DNA of 64,000 bases from Mobula hypostoma (Eukaryota). This document shows, one piece after another, positions 12,993-24,200 of this stretch. Position 1 is the first letter of the stretch; each line of letters starts with the position of its first letter. Location of the stretch: positions 224,566,001 through 224,630,000 of the forward strand of contig NC_086097.1 of the NCBI RefSeq assembly GCF_963921235.1, given 5' to 3'. The position numbers and the translations under genes were made by a program. The notes beneath the pieces were generated by a model. It saw nothing but the letters and a program-made list of their open reading frames with translations, did no database searches and was not told where the DNA came from.

Positions 12993-13846
12993 ATGGCTAC
13001 ATTTGGAACTATCGGGGAATTTCTGCAAGGAAACGAGGACTGGCCGGAGTATGAGGAAAGGTTGGGACACTTTTTCTGTGCTAATGGAATTACTGAGGAG
13101 GCTAAGAAGTGCTCTATTCTCCTAAGTGAGTGTGGGCCGAAGACTTACAAGCTGATAAGGAATTTAGCCGCACAGCGGAAACCGGGGGACATTCCATATA
13201 ATGAACTGGTCAAGCTCGTGGGGAACCACTACAATCTGAAACCTTCTGTGATAGTCCAACGGTGTAAGTTTCACAGCCGTTTCAGGAAGCCAGGTCAGTC
13301 TGTGGCCAGTTTTGTGGCCAAGCTTCAGCAGCTGTTGGAGCATTGTGATTTCAGAGCGGTGTTGCATAACATGCTCTGTGATCGATTGGTATGCGGCATT
13401 AATAATGACGCATACAACGCCGCCTGCTAGGGGAAACCCCACCGCTGACTTTCAAGAAAGCCTTAGAGATTGCTCAAGGCATGGAGATGGCTGCTAATAA
13501 TGTCAAAGATATACAGAAAGGACATGGGGGGTCGCAGTCGGTGGCAGTGCACCAAGTCAGGAGGGAGACTGGTAAACAGGCAAAGCGGGTGGAATGTTTC
13601 CGGTGTGGAGGGACACACTATGCAAATGATTGCAAGTTCAAAATTACTGTCTGCCATACTTGTAGCAAAAAGGGATATTTAGCTAAAAAGTGCAGAAGTT
13701 CGAAGGGTAAGATTAAGCCTGGGCGGGGGAAAGCTCTACAGGCTCAGGCAGCCACACACCATCTAGAAGAAGCAGATGAAGAGGCAGCGTGTGCCTACAA
13801 CATGTTTGCAGTGGAAACAGATGAGGAACCACCTGAACCATATTAT
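12993..13846 (+). pseudogene. Gypsy gag, frameshifted, with two zinc knuckles
   Basis: MATFGTIGEF...WPEYEERL...CDRLVCGI, a frameshift near 13410, then CFRCGGTHYANDC and CHTCSKKGYLAKKC. Confidence 0.85.
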
Positions 13847-16696
13847 AGAAACATAGAAACATAGAAAATAGGTGCAGGAGTAGGCCATTCGGCCCTTCGA
13901 GCCTGCACCGCCATTTATTATGATCATGGCTGATCATCCAACTCAGAACCCAGCCTTCCCTCCATACCCCCTGACCCCTGTAGCCACAAGGGCCATATCT
14001 AACTTCCTTTTAAACATAGCTAATGAACTGGCCTCAACAGTTTGCTGTGGCAGAGAATTCCACAGATTCACCACTCTCTGTGTGAAGAAGTTTTTCCTAA
14101 CCTCGGTCCTAAAAGGCTTCCCCTCTATCCTCAAACTGTGACCCCTCGTTCTAGACCTCCCCAACATCGGGAACAATCTTCCTGCATCTAGCCTGTCCAA
14201 TCCCTTTAGGATCTTATACGTTTCAATCAGATCCCCCCTCAATCTTCTAAATTCCAACGAGTACAAGCCCAGTTCATCCAGTCTTTCTTCATATGAAAGA
14301 CCTGCCATCCCAGGAATCAATCTGGTGAACCTTCTTTGTACTCCCTCTATGGCAAAGATGTCTTTCCTCAGATTAGGGGACCAAAACTGCACACAATACT
14401 CCAGGTGTGGTCTCACCAAGGCCTTGTACAACTGCAGTAGTACCTCCCTGCTCCTGTACTCGAATCCTCTCGCTATAAATGCCAGCATACCGTTCGCCTT
14501 TTTCACCGCCTGCTGTACCTGCATGCCCACTTTCAATGACTGGTGTATAATGACACCCAGGTCTCGTTGCACCTCCCCTTTTCCTAATCGGCCACCATTC
14601 AGATAATAATCTGTTTTCCTATTTTTGCCACCAAAGTGGATAACTTCACATTTATCCACATTAAATTGCATCTGCCATGAGTTTGCCCACTCACCCAACC
14701 TATCCAAGTCACCCTGCATCCTCTTAGCATCCTCCTCACTGCTAACACTGCCACCCAGCTTCGTGTCATCCGCAAACTTGGAGATGCTGCATTTAATTCC
14801 CTCATCCAAGTCATTAATATATATTGTAAACAACTGGGGTCCCAGCACTGAGCCTTGCGGTACCCCACTAGTCACCGCCTGCCATTCTGAAAAGGTCCCG
14901 TTTATTCCCACTCTTTGCTTCCTGTCTGCTAACCAATTCTCCACCCACACCAATACCTTACCCCCAATACCGTGTGCTTTAAGTTTGCACACTAATCTCC
15001 TATGTGGGACCTTGTCAAAAGCCTTTTGAAAATCCAAATATACCACATCCACTGGTTCTCCCCTATCCACTCTACTAGTTACATCCTCAAAAAATTCTAT
15101 GAGATTCGTCAGACATGATTTTCCTTTCACAAATCCATGCTGACTTTGTCCGATCATTTCACCGCTTTCCAAATGTGCTGTTATCACATCCTTGATAACT
15201 GACTCCAGCAGTTTCCCCACCACCGACGTTAGGCTAACCGGCCTATAATTCCCCGGTTTCTCTCTCCCTCCTTTTTTAAAAAGTGGGGTTACATTAGCCA
15301 CCCTCCAATCCTCAGGAACTAGTCCAGAATCTAACGAGTTTTGAAAAATTATCACTAATGCATCCACTATTTCTTGGGCCACTTCCTTAAGCACTCTGGG
15401 ATGCAGACCATCTGGCCCTGGGGATTTATCTGCCTTCAATCCCTTCAATTTACCTAACACCACTTCCCTACTAACATGTATTTCGCTCAGTTCCTCCATC
15501 TCACTGGACCCTCTGTCCCTTACTATTTCTGGAAGATTATTTATGTCCTCCTTAGTGAAGACAGAACCAAAGTAATTATTCAATTGGTCTGCCATGTCCT
15601 TGCTCCCCATAATCAATTCACCTGTTTCTGTTTGCAGGGGACCTACATTTGTCTTTATCAGTCTTTTCCTTTTTACATATCTATAAAAGCTTTTACAGTC
15701 CGTTTTTATGTTCTCTGCCAGTTTTCTCTCATAATCTTTTTTCCCCTTCCTAATTAAGCCCTTTGTCCTCCTCTGCTGAACTCTGAATTTCTCCCAGTCC
15801 TCAGGTGAGCCACTTTCTCTGGCTAATTTGTATGCTACTTCTTTGGAATTGATACTATCCCTAATTTCTCTTGTCAGCCACGGGTGCACTACCTTCCTTG
15901 ATTTATTCTTTTGCCAAACTGGGATGAACAATTGTTGTAGTTCATCCATGCAACCTTTAAATGCCTGCCATTGCATATCCACCGTCAATCCTTGAAGTGT
16001 CATTTGCCAGTCTATCTTAGCTAATTCATGTCTCATACCTTCAAAGTTACCCCTCTTTAAGTTCAGAACCTTTGTTTCTGAATTAACTACGTCACTCTCC
16101 ATGTTAATGAAGAATTCCACCATATTATGGTCACTCTTACCCAAGGGGCCTCTCACGACAAGATCGCTAATTAACCCTTCCTCATTGCTCAAAACCCAGT
16201 CCAGAATAGCCTGCTCTCTAGTCGGTTCCTCGACATGTTGGTTCAAAAAACCATCCCGCATACATTCCAAGAAATCCTCTTCCTCAGCACCTTTACCAAT
16301 TTGGTTCACCCAGTCTACATGTAGATTGAAGTCACCCATTATAACTGCTGTTCCTTTATTGCACACATTTCTAATTTCCTGTTTAATACCATCTCCGACC
16401 TCACTACTACTGTTAGGTGGCCTGTACACAACTCCCACCAGCGTCTTCTGCCCCTTAGTGTTACGCAGCTCTACCCATATCGATTCCACATCTTCCCGGC
16501 TTATGTCCTTCCTTTCTATTGCGTTAATCTCTTTTTTAACCAGCAACGCCACCCCACCTCCCCTTCCTTCGTGTCTATCCCTCCTGAATATTGAATATCC
16601 CTGAACGTTGAGCTCCCATCCCTGGTCACCCTGGTCACCCTGGAGCCATGTCTCTGTGATCCCAACTATATCATAATCATTAATAACAATCTGCAC
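13847..16696 (-). mobile_element. Young, slightly 5'-truncated CR1 LINE inserted in the Gypsy gag-protease junction
   Basis: (tttctatg)n tail at 13847-13867, ttat repeated at both junctions (13843-13846 and 16697-16700), and an uninterrupted ORF2. Confidence 0.95.
13943..16696 (-). CDS. CR1 ORF2 (APE endonuclease plus reverse transcriptase), 917 open codons, N-terminus truncated
   Basis: VGITETW, YRPP, MGDFN and SDHN (endonuclease); QHGF, DFQKAFD, GVPQGSVLGP and FADD (RT). No true start codon at the 5' edge. Confidence 0.9.
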   Translation of the reverse strand: MQIVINDYDIVGITETWLQGDQGDQGWELNVQGYSIFRRDRHEGRGGGVALLVKKEINAIERKDISREDVESIWVELRNTKGQKTLVGVVYRPPNSSSEVGDGIKQEIRNVCNKGTAVIMGDFNLHVDWVNQIGKGAEEEDFLECMRDGFLNQHVEEPTREQAILDWVLSNEEGLISDLVVRGPLGKSDHNMVEFFINMESDVVNSETKVLNLKRGNFEGMRHELAKIDWQMTLQGLTVDMQWQAFKGCMDELQQLFIPVWQKNKSRKVVHPWLTREIRDSINSKEVAYKLARESGSPEDWEKFRVQQRRTKGLIRKGKKDYERKLAENIKTDCKSFYRYVKRKRLIKTNVGPLQTETGELIMGSKDMADQLNNYFGSVFTKEDINNLPEIVRDRGSSEMEELSEIHVSREVVLGKLKGLKADKSPGPDGLHPRVLKEVAQEIVDALVIIFQNSLDSGLVPEDWRVANVTPLFKKGGREKPGNYRPVSLTSVVGKLLESVIKDVITAHLESGEMIGQSQHGFVKGKSCLTNLIEFFEDVTSRVDRGEPVDVVYLDFQKAFDKVPHRRLVCKLKAHGIGGKVLVWVENWLADRKQRVGINGTFSEWQAVTSGVPQGSVLGPQLFTIYINDLDEGIKCSISKFADDTKLGGSVSSEEDAKRMQGDLDRLGEWANSWQMQFNVDKCEVIHFGGKNRKTDYYLNGGRLGKGEVQRDLGVIIHQSLKVGMQVQQAVKKANGMLAFIARGFEYRSREVLLQLYKALVRPHLEYCVQFWSPNLRKDIFAIEGVQRRFTRLIPGMAGLSYEERLDELGLYSLEFRRLRGDLIETYKILKGLDRLDAGRLFPMLGRSRTRGHSLRIEGKPFRTEVRKNFFTQRVVNLWNSLPQQTVEASSLAMFKRKLDMALVATGVRGYGGKAGF

Positions 16697-19600
16697 TTAT
16701 GCCACAGTCACTGTCAGGGGAAAGGACATTAAGTCTGAGATTGATTCAGGGGCTACTGCATCAGTCATCAGTGAGGAGACCTACATGGGGGTCCAACCTG
16801 CCTCCCATTAGACCATCAAAGCTCAAACTTATGAGCCCATACCTCATTTAGGAGTGTTATATGTGGACATTTCAGCCGGGGGTCAGAAGGCTGAAGCTAA
16901 GGGCAGGGGGCCCAGCCTTTTGAGTCGCGATTGGCTTCGCAAACTCCGGCTAAACTGGCATGAAATTAAGTATGCACACAAGATGGAGGACATTCTGCAG
17001 CACTACAGTGATGTTTTCGGGGATGAGCTGGGAACACTGAAAGGCGTGACAGTGGAACTCCATGTCGACCCTGAGGCTACACCATGTTTTGTTTAAGCCT
17101 AGGTCGGTGCCCTTTGCCATGAAAGGCAAAGTCGAGGAAGAGCTGGAACGTTTACAGAGGCTGGGCATTATTGAGCCCGTCCAGTTTTCAAAGTGGTTGG
17201 CTCCCATTGTTCCAGTTTTGAAGGCAGACAAAACGGTGAGGATATGTGGGGATTATAAGCTTACGGTGAATCGGGTCTCTAGGCTGGAGGAGTACCCATT
17301 GCCACGGGTGGATGACCTGTTTGTGACCCTGTCAGGGGGTAAGCTGTTCACAAAGCTGGCCATGAGCCACGCCTACCAACAGCTGCTGCTCGACGAGAAT
17401 TCAAAGGAATACGTCACAATTAATACGCACAAGGGATTATTCAAGTACAATCGCCTGGTGTTTGGAGTGGCGTTCAGCCCTGCTATTTTCCAAAGGACAA
17501 TGGACACTTTGCTGCAGGGGTTTCCACACGTAGCAGTGTACCTTGATGATATTTTGATCATGGGGGCTATGGAGGTGGAGCATCTAGCTAATTTAGAACG
17601 GGTGCTGAAGAGGCTCTCAGACACAGGGCTGTGGTTGAAACGCAGAAAATATGTGTTCCTGGCATTGAGTGTGACTTACCTGGGACACAAGATCACAGCT
17701 GAGGGGCTTTGCTCTGTGGAGGAAAAAGTGAGAGCTATTAGGGAGGCCCCAAGCCCCAAGACCATCATGGAACTCAGATCATTTTTGGGCATGGTGAATT
17801 ATTATGGCAAGTTTCTTCCTGACCTCTCAAGGTTTTGACCCCACTGCTTCACAATGACACTAAGTGGCAGTGGGGTGAAGAGCAGGAGAAAGCTTTCAAG
17901 GAAGTGAAAGAACTCTTCCATTCAGTGAAGCTGCTTGTTCACTATGACCCAGACAAGGAGATCACCCTTGCATGCGATACCTCACCCTATGGAGTCGGGG
18001 CAGTTCTGTCACATGTAATGGAGGACCGTTCAGAGAAGCCTATTGGCTTTGCTTCACGTACCCTGACAGCTGCTGAGAAGGGATATTCACAGCTAGACAA
18101 AGAAGGTCTAGCCATTGTTTTTGCGGTCAAATGCTTTTATCAGTACCTTTATGGGCGCATATTTACAATTTATATGGACCATAAACCTGTTCAGTGAGGC
18201 TAGAGCATCCCACCACTAGCCTCAGCCAGGATACAGCGCTGGGCTCTTACATTGTCTGCCTACCGGTGCACTATAGTGTACAGAGCGGGTGGGAATAATG
18301 CAAATGCTGATACACTGAGTCGACCACCATTACCCAAGACACCTGCTACTACACATGTGCCTCCAGAGACTGTGTTTTCATTGGAAAGGCTGTCAGAGAC
18401 ACCTGTAAAGGCGACCCAGATCAGGCAGTGGACAGAGTGACTCAGTCCTGTCCCAAGTCAAGACTTTTCTTTTACAAGGTTGGCCCAGAGTCGTGGAAGG
18501 AGAGGAACTGAGGCCTTATGCCAAACACAAGACAGAACTCAGTCTGCAGGATGGCTGCATTTTCTGGGGGGGGGGGGCGAGGGTCATCGTGCCTTCCCCT
18601 GGCCGTTCACAGATTGTGGAGGAAATTCATGAGACTTACCCTCGAGTGTCTCGAATGAAAAGCCTAGCAAGATCCTATGTTTGGTGGCCAGGAATGGATC
18701 AAGATCTGGAGAACAAGGTAAAATCATGCACGCAATGTCAGACTATGTCACCACTAGCTCCTTTGCATCCATTGGAGCGGCCAGGCCACCCGTGGTCTAG
18801 GCTACATTTGGACTTTGCTGGCTCTTTTATGGGGCAAATGTTTCTTGTCATGGTAGATGCGCATTCTAAATGGATCGAAGCTCACATCATGAGCAACATC
18901 ACATCCCCTCAACCATAGACAAACTCAGGCAAGTGTTTGCAGTCCACGGGTTGCCTGACACTCTGGTCACTGATATGGCCCAATGTTCATCAGTGAGTTC
19001 ATGCAGCAGAATGGCATTCATCACATTCGGACGGCCCAATGGTTTGTCTGAGCGGGCTGTTCAGACAATGAAGGAAAGCCTGAAACGGATGACGGGGACT
19101 GTCTTGGTATGTGGCTTTCACGTTTCCTGTTTAAATACCGCCTCACGCCACAGACTACGACTGCCCACACTCCAGCAGAGATGCTGATGGGGTGTAGGCC
19201 CAAGTCAAGATTGGACCTGCTGCGCCCGGACATGAAGGCGAAAGTGGAGAGAAAGCAGAAAAAGCAGAAGGAGGGACATGATCAACATGCGTGAGAGAGA
19301 CAGTTAAAACCGGATGACAGTGTCTATATGAGAAACACTCAGCAATAGCTGCCTGGGGTTATTCTTAAGCAGAGTGGTCCCGTCTCCTATGTTGTTAAGC
19401 TGACTGATGGGCATGTTTTCCGCAGACATCAGGATCATGTGCGCCTGCGTCGTGATACCAGCTCAGAGGCAGACAGTTCCATGGAGTTTCCATTTGTGAG
19501 ACAGACTACGGTGGAAGCATGTCCAGCAGTGACTTTGCCAGAGGGCGAGACACTGGCAGAGGGGTCGGGGTCCCCTGAGGAGGATGGACATTCTCACGCA

Positions 19601-19735
19601 GACACACAGACCCCTCTCATGCCCCCAACACCAGACCCACCCAAAACACCCTCACCAGTGGTGCCTGCCGGGTCACCGTGGGTAGCGGGCAGATCACAGC
19701 GCACTCGTAAACCTCCTGACAGATGGAATCTTTGA
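16697..19735 (+). pseudogene. Gypsy pol (protease, RT, RNase H, integrase), multiply frameshifted
   Basis: IDSGA at about 16740; VRICGDYK and VYLDDIL (RT); LACDTSPYGVGAVL and YSQLDKEGLA (RNase H); ARSYVWWPG, RLHLDFAG and GLSERAV (integrase); ends RSQRTRKPPDRWNL*. Confidence 0.9.
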
Positions 19736-19923
19736 CGAGACAGTTCTTTTTTGTTGTTGTTAGATTGAATGTTGAATCTGTCATGTTTTCCAGATGTTTT
19801 GTATTGATAAACTGTGGTTGAGATACCAGTATAAGTTTTCAGGGGTATGCAAGTTAATAACACCATAGCTTTTATTTCCTAGTTTTTTACATTTGGGGAT
19901 ATTGGATTTTAAAGGCGGAGAAG

Positions 19924-20154
19924 TGTTGTAACGTGAGCATTATTAAAAGTAAGTTAATACTAAGTAGGATAATGGGGGAGGGTTCTACTTCCGTTCTTTT
20001 TACTTCCGGTGTGTTTTTGTGTCTAGTGTGCCAGCCATGCTGTACGGGTTGTGAAAGCCTCTGTATATACATAATGGTTTTGAAGTTCAAGATAAAGTTG
20101 TTTCTTGGGCATGAAGTCGTCGAGTGTGCCTTTTTCAAAGTAGAAGTTGCTACA
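19924..20154 (+). repeat. 3' LTR
   Basis: Direct repeat of 12691-12918, preceded by the PPT and followed by the TSD ctcat. Confidence 0.95.
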
Positions 20155-21799
20155 CTCATGGTAATGAATGTTCAGACTTTACCACCAGCTGGACAATACA
20201 GCAGCTGCATAGTAGAAGCAAAAAGTGGAGGAAGTGGAAGAGGAAAAGAAAGCAAAAAGGCAATGTTGGAGGGGATGTTAGAGATGCACTGCTAGAGATG
20301 ATCACCCAGGCTACTCTGACATTGCTTCACAAACCCTCATGGACAAAGGAACCTGTGGAGATTGCCTTCTAAGTCACTTATCATCCTGACTTGAAGATAA
20401 ACCCACTGTTGGGGTACTTTTGCCAGGAGGATTGCAGAAATTCAAGGGATGGCTCACCACCGATTTCTCAAGAACAATTAGGGATTAAGAGTAATCGCTG
20501 GTCTCACCATTGTAGTCATGACCCCGAAAATGAATGAAAGAACTGAGACAGCTCCTTTCCTGTCCTGCTGTCTGTTGCATGTTGATTTGGCTGTGCTGCC
20601 AAAGAATACAATTCCGATTCCCAATTCCGCAATAGTCCCCATCTCGCTTTCCCTCTGACGCAGACCAGCACAATGTCCAATTGACCAGATTACCAAAATA
20701 AATGCCGGCAAAATCAATATTCCAGACAAATATTAAAGATGAAGCCATATCCAAAACCATACAGACAACTCTCACGTCAGGGCTGTTCGGGTTTTGGAAA
20801 TTCCCCATTACAGAATCCACAAATTGCTACCCAAAAAAAAAAAAATTGCGAAGTGGAATAAAATGTACTCTCAGAGATTTATGTGAAAAAAATAGTTGGT
20901 AAATAAACACAAAATTGTCTTGACCTGAAAAGTCAAATGTTCATTTCCCCACATAGACGCTGTCTGATCTGTTGAGTTCCTCCTCCAGCTCATTTGTATT
21001 TTGCTGCAGATTTCCAGAATCTGCTGTTTCTTGTGCCCTTTTATTCACCTTCTGTTTCCTGATGCATGCATAGATGCTGTGGTTTTGTGTTACGGAGAAC
21101 TGCCATCCAGCTGGTTTTCCTTGGACACAATCTATCCCCAACCCCTTGAAAAAATGGTGCAAATACCAATTTATCACCCTTGTGTTTCCCCATACAGCCT
21201 GCTTTCTGTGTGCCTTTGTCCTTCTTAAAGCTTCGATAGAGAACTAGCCTTTTGCTGCAGCAACGTTGGTAGAAGGCTGTTGAGTTTTAATGAAGGAGAC
21301 TTCACTTGACTCTACAGGACAACTTCAAGAAACTCTGGGGGCTAAAAGATCCGGCTTCAGGCTGCATCTTCTTAGAAGCAGGAGCAATAGTCTAGTCGGC
21401 AGAACAGAGATCGGCACTGATAGAGGGGTTACAGTAGAATCACCAAACACCCCTAGGCTTGATGCCATGAAATTACTACAAAAAAACAGGTTGCTGGAGG
21501 AACTTAGGAGATCAAGCAGAGTGCAAAGATGACTTTTCAGGTTTGAATCCTGAATCAGGACTGAGGTTGAAGAGGGCCGATCCCTCATTCATTTGGTTGT
21601 GCTACCAGTGAATACAATCCCGATTTTCCAGTCAGCAATGGTACCAGGTTACCTTCCCTTTACACCCTCAGTCCAGATGCACTCTTGACTCAAAGTGTTG
21701 ACCATTTCTTTGTCTCTACAGGTGCTGCCTAAACATCTTCAGTAGTTTGTTTTTTTTCCCCACTAGATTCCAGCATCTGTAGTCTCTTGTGTCCCCATG

Positions 21800-22070
21800 A
21801 AACCCCTGTCACTGTACGTTTACCTCTTTCACCAATCCTCTCACAGCTTCTTCATTACCCCCTCCCCAGCCACCAGCCTTCCCCTCACCTAGTTTCACCT
21901 ATCACCTGCCAGTTTGTACTCCTCCTCCTCCACCCATCTTCTTATACTGACTTCTCCCCCCTTCCTTACCAGTCCTGATGAAGGGTCTCAGCCCGAATTG
22001 ACAACTGTTTACTCCTCTCCATAGATGCTGCCCGACCTGCTAAGCTCCTCCAGCACTTTGTGTGTGTTGA
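21800..22070 (+). mobile_element. Penelope-like terminal repeat fragment with a degenerate hammerhead motif
   Basis: Pyrimidine-rich ctatcacct region, then cagtcCTGATGAagggtctcagcccGAAT and the shared atagatgctgcc...cctgct...ctccagca tail. Confidence 0.65.
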
Positions 22071-23035
22071 CTCTTAACTGTCTCCTCAGTTCAGGAGGAC
22101 AAGGGTTGTCAAAAGACTGTTTGCAGTCCATTGTTTCCAGGGCTGGTGTTTCACCCAGTTCCACGTATTGACCAATAAACTATAGATAATGGGCAAATAA
22201 TATAAATTCTTTTATATATAATTAAACAGATTAATTCAACAATATTGATTTCACACTTGAAGACAAAGACGCTGCAGATGCTGGAATCTGGAACACAAAC
22301 AGAATACCAGAAGAACTCAACGGGTCAAGCAGCATCTGTGAATATAACGGGTGCTTGTTAACATTTCAGGCTGAGACCCTGCATCAGGATTGCTGTGACT
22401 TCCTCAGCAGTTTCCTTCAACCCTGTGTTTATAACACATTACCTTTTGTTTCTGGCCACCCCACCTTCTGCTCCACCTCTGGAGACAGAGCTACATTAGC
22501 TCCACATTCACAAATGCTCTGCCAAACTCTTAATTTCCCATCATTGATCCATTGACCAGAAGCCATCATTTTGACCAAAAAAAAAATGAAATCAAAGAAC
22601 AGCAAATGTTGGAAATCATGAAACACCCTGATGGAAGTTAAGCAGAACCTGATCGTCCATCTGGACATCTTTTCAATATCAAATTTACCAATTTCAGGTA
22701 TCTCACAAATTCTGCTTGTATTATAATGGGCACTTTTCTGTAAGAATATCCGTCTGTAATAATAATTCAGGTTTTCTCTCTGCACAGACACTGCCTGTCT
22801 TGATGGTCCTTTCAGCATTCTATTTCTGCCTTTCGGTCTCAGTAATAGTCTTGACCTGCATCTCACAGTCTTAATGGTTCCCTTTGTTTTCTCTCCATCT
22901 TGTCTTATTAATCTATTAACCTGGTGATTCCATTGCGATTGCAATCATTTGGACAACCCTGGTGTCACTCAATCACATATTCCCTTGTCCTATCCATTTC
23001 TACCCATTCATTCTGCAAGATTAATATATAATTGC

Positions 23036-23700
23036 AAACAAGAGAAAATCTGCAGATGCTAGAAATCCCAGCAACACACACAGAAAATGCTGGAGGAACT
23101 CAGCAGGCCAGGCAGCATCTATGGAAAACAAGAACAGTCAATATTTCGGGCTTCATCGGGACTGGAGGGAAAAAAGATGAGTCAGATTAAGAAAGTGGGG
23201 GGAGGGAAAGAAGAAATAAAAGGTGATAGGTGAAATCTGGAGGGGGAAGGGTGAAGCAAAGAGCTGGAGAAGAGGGTATTGGTGAAAAAGGTACAGGGCT
23301 GGGGAAGGGGGGGTGTCTGATAGGAGAGGACAGAAGGCTATGGAAGAAAGAGGAACACCAGAGGGAGGTAATGAGCAGGTAAGGAAATAAGACGAGAGAG
23401 GGAAATGGGAGTGGGGAATGGGGAAGTAGGGGCATTACCAGAAGTTCGAGAAATCAATGTTTATGTCACCAGGTTGGAGCTACCTAGATGGAATATAAGG
23501 TGTTGCTCCTGCAACCTGAGTGAGGCCTTATCGCGACAGTGGAGGAGACCATGGACTGACATGTCGGAATGGGAATGGGAAGTAGAACTAAAATGGGTAG
23601 CCGCTGGGAGATCCCACTTCTTCTGGTGGACTGAGCATAGTGCTCAGTGAAGCGGTCTCCTAATCTCCCTAATAATTGCCTCATTTTACCAATGTTTATA
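23036..23700 (-). mobile_element. Penelope-like element 3' end (GIY-YIG endonuclease C-terminus plus terminal repeat)
   Basis: Minus strand, with frameshifts, reads NIGK..RLGDRFTEH...THFSSTSHSHSDMSVHGLLHC...LRLQEQHLIFHLG..QPGDINIDFSNFW*. Confidence 0.75.
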
Positions 23701-23789
23701 TGTAAAAAGCACACAAAATCATTTTGTGTATGATTTAGCACAGTTGCAGCATTTCCACTTGAAGACCCAATACTGTATTGGCTTATTGG

Positions 23790-24200
23790 TGTTGGTTTAT
23801 TACTGTCACAAGTACCAACATATTGTAAAGCTTGTCTTGCATATAGTTTATACAGGTCAAATCATTACAGTGTATTGAGCTAGGTAAAAGAATAACAATG
23901 CAGAATAGAGTGGTAAAGCTACTGAAAGAATGCATTGCAGGTAAATGATAAAGTGCAAGATTGTAACAAGATAGATTGTGAGACCAAGAATCCATTTTAT
24001 AATACAACGGTCTGTTTAGGGATCTGATAACAGAAGCTGTACTCAGAGTGGTTTTGTGTTTTCAGACTTTTGTATTTTCTGCCATTTGGGGAAGGGGAGA
24101 AGAGATGGTGTCTAAGGTGGGGTGGGGGGTCTTTGATTATTGTGACTTCTTTACTGAGGAAGTGAGAAGTATAGACAGAGACCATAAAGGGGTGGTTGGT
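23790..24200 (-). mobile_element. Rex1/Babar-like LINE 3' fragment, old
   Basis: Minus-strand TIIKDPPPHLRHHLFSPSPNGRKYKSLKT, followed by a 3' UTR with aataaa. Confidence 0.55.

Larger units (their letters stand above)
12691..20154 (+). mobile_element. Full-length decayed Gypsy LTR retrotransposon (Mag-like) with a nested CR1
   Basis: Two ~230-bp TG...CA LTRs, 5-bp TSD CTCAT (12686-12690 and 20155-20159), PBS, PPT (aaaggcggagaag before 19924), and gag-PR-RT-RH-IN domain order. Confidence 0.95.

Noticed and set aside
14325..16604. Plus-strand ORFs overlapping the CR1 (also 57589-58293 and 9041-9310)
   Set aside because: Antisense shadows of CR1 ORF2; they recur only because the element is repeated.
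13943..16696. Domesticated or autonomous RT gene
   Set aside because: No start codon, ORF1 or promoter, and a near-identical second copy shows it is simply a young TE.
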